Source: Candidatus Woesearchaeota archaeon (lineage in GTDB: Archaea > Nanobdellota > Nanobdellia > Woesearchaeales > UBA525). From it: a stretch of 64,000 nucleotides of DNA. Numbering within the stretch: the first letter of the stretch is position 1; each line of letters begins with the position of its first letter. The notes beneath the pieces were generated by a model. The model was not told where the DNA came from. It searched no databases and saw nothing but the letters and a program-made list of their open reading frames with translations. This document shows, piece by piece, positions 60,995 through 64,000 of this stretch. Location: assembly GCA_028818155.1 (NCBI GenBank), contig JAPPOH010000008.1, forward strand, positions 10,376 through 74,375, written 5' to 3'. The position numbers and the translations under genes were made by a program.

Positions 60995-61732
60995 ATGAAA
61001 CTCGGATTCATCGGCACGGGTGAGATGGGCGCTGCGTTGATTCACGCATTGTCAGACTACAAGATCTTCGCTTCTGATGCCTCCACTGAGAAATTGGCAT
61101 CCTTACCAGTCACGCCAGCAACCAATCAAGAAGTTGTGGACAAGAGCGACATCGTCTTTCTCTGTGTCAGGCCACAGAACATGGACGAAGTCCTCGATGA
61201 GATCAAGGTAGGAGAGCAAATCATTGTGTCGATCGCTGCCGCAGTTTCCCTCGATCATCTCGAGAAGAAGTTAGGGAAGAAAAAACTCGCACGTTTAATG
61301 CCAAACATCCCCGCTGCCGTGAAGAAAATGGCAGGCGGCCTCGCAGCAAGAAACCTTGCAGATGAAGATATCGAGAAACTCTTGCACATCGTACGCGCAA
61401 CAGGCACAGTTACGTATGTTGAGGAAGAGCAAATCAATAACATCATGACCGTTTCCGGATCCGGACCCGCATTTGTCGCAAAAATCCTTGATGAATACGC
61501 GAAAGCAGCGGTCGAAAACGGCATGTCAGAAGACCTCGCAAAGGAATTGACATTCGAAACATTCAAAGGAACAATAGAGTACTTAGAGCGAAAGAACATC
61601 ACCCCTGCCGAACTCGTAGAACATGTCTCAAGCCCAGGCGGCATCACAGTGGAAGCGATCAAAGAACTCACAACATCGTTCGACAAGGTGTTCAAACGAG
61701 CACTCGAGCGCACAAAGGAGCTCGAGCAATGA
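60995..61732 (+). CDS. proC: pyrroline-5-carboxylate reductase (245 aa)
   Basis: MKLGFIGTGEMGAAL Rossmann start and SSPGGITVEAIKEL C-terminal block. The track start 60827 precedes the TATA box. Confidence 0.85.
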   Translation: MKLGFIGTGEMGAALIHALSDYKIFASDASTEKLASLPVTPATNQEVVDKSDIVFLCVRPQNMDEVLDEIKVGEQIIVSIAAAVSLDHLEKKLGKKKLARLMPNIPAAVKKMAGGLAARNLADEDIEKLLHIVRATGTVTYVEEEQINNIMTVSGSGPAFVAKILDEYAKAAVENGMSEDLAKELTFETFKGTIEYLERKNITPAELVEHVSSPGGITVEAIKELTTSFDKVFKRALERTKELEQ

Positions 61733-62931
61733 AACAAGCAACGGAAGCGAGCGCAGCAGCACTCCAACTCGCAACATACAAAGAGAAAAACGCCGCGCTC
61801 GAAAGAATCGCGAAAGCGCTCGACACACAACGAGAAGCAATCGCTGCAGCGAACCAGAAAGACCTGGCGCAAGCAACAAAAGAGAACCTTGCAGATGTCC
61901 TTGTGAAACGATTAGCACTTTCTGATACAAAAATCGATGGACTCATCCAAGGGATCAAGGATCTCATCGCGTTAGATGATCCAATCGACAAAGAACTGGA
62001 CAAGATCCAGCTCGATGATGACCTTGTGCTCACCAAGAAAACATGCCCGCTTGGCGTGATCGGCATCGTCTTCGAGTCACGGCCAGACGCACTGGTACAA
62101 ATCGCAACACTCTGCATCAAATCCGGCAACGCAGTGGTGATGAAAGGAGGGAAAGAAGCGCTCGAAACGAACAAATGCCTCGCAACAATCATTGGAGAGG
62201 CCGCACAACTCCCAAGTGGATGGCTCCAACTCTTAGAAACGAGAGATGATGTGCAAGAATTACTTCGCTGCAGCGAGTACATCGACTTAATCATTCCTCG
62301 CGGATCGAATGCATTCGTGCAACACGTAATGAATAACACGAACATCCCAGTACTAGGGCATGCAGATGGTATTTGTCATATCTATATTGACAAAGACGCA
62401 GATTTGGATATGGCGGTACGCGTGTGTACAGATGCGAAGTGCCAATACCCTGCTGTTTGCAACGCCGTGGAAACTGTATTGGTGCATGAAGCGGTCAAAG
62501 ATGTCATTCCACAACTTAAAGAGGCAATGCCCGACGTGACGTTCGTAGAAGATCCTGCAAGCTGGGCAACAGAATACAATGATCTCACACTCGCAATCAA
62601 AACAGTTGCATCGGCAAGCGAAGCAATAGAACATATCAACACGTACGGAAGCAAACACACAGATGCGATTATTACAAACAATAAGGAAGCAGCAGATACA
62701 TTCTTACAAGAAATAGACACAGCAAACGCGTTTTGGAACTGCTCAACACGATTTTCTGACGGTTTCAGATATGGGTTCGGTGCGGAAGTGGGTGTCTCAA
62801 CATCGAAAATCCACGCGAGAGGTCCTGTCGGCTTAGATGGCCTAACGAGTTACAAATGGATTCTCAAAGGTACAGGCGACACTGTGAAAGAATATGCGGA
62901 GGGTGTGAAACAGTTCACACACAAACGATGA
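61729..62931 (+). CDS. proA: gamma-glutamyl phosphate reductase (400 aa)
   Basis: PLGVIGIVFESRPDA, MKGGKEA, and the CNAVETVLVH catalytic Cys block. ATGA overlap with proC. Confidence 0.9.
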   Translation: MKQATEASAAALQLATYKEKNAALERIAKALDTQREAIAAANQKDLAQATKENLADVLVKRLALSDTKIDGLIQGIKDLIALDDPIDKELDKIQLDDDLVLTKKTCPLGVIGIVFESRPDALVQIATLCIKSGNAVVMKGGKEALETNKCLATIIGEAAQLPSGWLQLLETRDDVQELLRCSEYIDLIIPRGSNAFVQHVMNNTNIPVLGHADGICHIYIDKDADLDMAVRVCTDAKCQYPAVCNAVETVLVHEAVKDVIPQLKEAMPDVTFVEDPASWATEYNDLTLAIKTVASASEAIEHINTYGSKHTDAIITNNKEAADTFLQEIDTANAFWNCSTRFSDGFRYGFGAEVGVSTSKIHARGPVGLDGLTSYKWILKGTGDTVKEYAEGVKQFTHKR

Positions 62932-63992
62932 GAATCGTCGTGAAAGTTGGGACAAATATCCTTACAAAAGGCAATGGGATTGACACCTCGTACATCGGAG
63001 AGATCGCAAAACAGATTGAGACACTGCATAAGGATGGACACCAAGTGATTCTTGTCTCATCCGGTGCAATTGGCTTCGGATGTATGGAACTCAAGAAGCA
63101 ACCATCACGCGATATCAAGATGCGACAAGCATTCGCTGCAGTCGGCCAAGGGTTACTGATGCATGAATACGCACAAGCATTCAACGACGTGCATGTTGCA
63201 CAAGTACTCGTGACATACGATGTGATTGAAGACAGGAAGAAATACCTGAACTTACGAAACTCAATCCGGAAACTATTGACGTTGGGTGTTATTCCTATCG
63301 TGAACGAGAATGACGCGGTCGCAGTGGATGAAATCGGCAGTAAATTCGGAGACAATGACTTGTTGTCCGCAATGGTCGCGCTCAAATCGAACGCAGACGC
63401 ACTCTTCATCTTGACAGATACAACAGGCTTGTACACAGACAACCCTGCGAAGAACGCAGATGCCCGCTTAGTACGAACGATTTCAGAAATCACACCCGCA
63501 GTAGAAGGATACGCAGGTAAAGCAGGCTTCACACACGGCGTTGGGGGTATGAAAGCGAAGATCAACGCAGCAAAACTCGCGATCAAAGGCGGCTGTACAA
63601 TGGTCATCGCGAACGGTCGTGAGGAAGACGTACTCCTTCGTCTTGTTGCGGGAGAACGCATTGGTACATTGTTTATTCCAAAGAAGAAGTTATCGAGTAA
63701 GCAACGATGGATTCTCTCAGGTAAGCCAAAAGGCACGATTCATGTGAACGAATGTGCTGACGATATCTTGCAGAAGGACACGGTAAATCTTCTCCCGATC
63801 GGTGTTGACAACGTTGAAGGAACATTCAAGAAAGGAGACGTTGTGATGATCAATGATTTCGCGAAAGCGATTGTTGAGTATGATGCGAAAACGATTAACA
63901 AGGTAAAAGGACTTGAGAGTGCAGCAGCTGCGAAAATTCTTGGTAAGAAACGTGCTGAAGTCGTGAAGCAAGAGTTGATGGTGTTTATCTAA
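62928..63992 (+). CDS. proB: glutamate 5-kinase with C-terminal PUA domain (354 aa)
   Basis: MRIVVKVGTNILT, VILVSSGAIGFG, VNENDAV, and the PUA-like tail ..GDVVMI... ATGA overlap with proA. The track start 62856 is inside proA. Confidence 0.9.
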   Translation: MRIVVKVGTNILTKGNGIDTSYIGEIAKQIETLHKDGHQVILVSSGAIGFGCMELKKQPSRDIKMRQAFAAVGQGLLMHEYAQAFNDVHVAQVLVTYDVIEDRKKYLNLRNSIRKLLTLGVIPIVNENDAVAVDEIGSKFGDNDLLSAMVALKSNADALFILTDTTGLYTDNPAKNADARLVRTISEITPAVEGYAGKAGFTHGVGGMKAKINAAKLAIKGGCTMVIANGREEDVLLRLVAGERIGTLFIPKKKLSSKQRWILSGKPKGTIHVNECADDILQKDTVNLLPIGVDNVEGTFKKGDVVMINDFAKAIVEYDAKTINKVKGLESAAAAKILGKKRAEVVKQELMVFI

Positions 63993-64000
63993 ATATCCAA

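Noticed and set aside
1-64000. CRISPR arrays, rRNA genes, transposases, integrases and prophage-like blocks.
   Set aside because: Scanning both strands, I found no regularly spaced direct repeats, no rRNA-like conserved stretches, and no ORF with recombinase or transposase motifs.

Overview
Archaeal chromosome segment. Archaea-only markers are present: eL43/L37Ae, eS1/S3Ae, RpoP, Pcc1, prefoldin beta, archaellum genes, an intron-bearing tRNA, and TATA boxes about 26 nt upstream of start codons. Coding is dense on both strands, with about 70 genes, many overlapping by 1-8 nt. Order of content: (1) partial pgk plus a three-gene split ATP-citrate-lyase-like set. (2) A pilin-less type IV pilus-like ATPase/platform pair, with two coiled-coil genes and three paralogous membrane proteins. 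(3) Translin. (4) AbrB-PIN and HEPN-MNT toxin-antitoxin pairs flanking a bacterial-type aspS. (5) An asparagine-themed cluster: Lrp/AsnC regulator, L-asparaginase, intron-containing tRNA-Asn, asnB, orphan ORF, asnS. (6) A 1245-aa sequon-saturated surface protein. (7) The rpl37ae-rpoP-pcc1-pfdB-UPF0147 operon. (8) An archaellum locus in unusual order: divergent arlB, arlC-like, antisense HTH, arlF/G, arlH, arlI, arlJ, then 3 x arlB. (9) Two KaiC-type modules. One of them (double-domain KaiC, two P-loop-less KaiC/DUF835-like paralogs and two exported proteins) is my top candidate for an undescribed system. (10) tRNA-Pro, a 926-aa kinase-like protein, topA, a truncated dph2, an AAA/surface/TPR operon, rps3ae and proCAB. 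I saw no rRNA, CRISPR array, transposase or integrase. Lineage cannot be fixed from sequence alone. The small overlapping genes, the Cys-rich DCGGSCGKC surface motif and the patchy metabolism are reminiscent of DPANN-type or other uncultured archaea (inference only). All domain calls come from motif recognition by eye; no database search was run.
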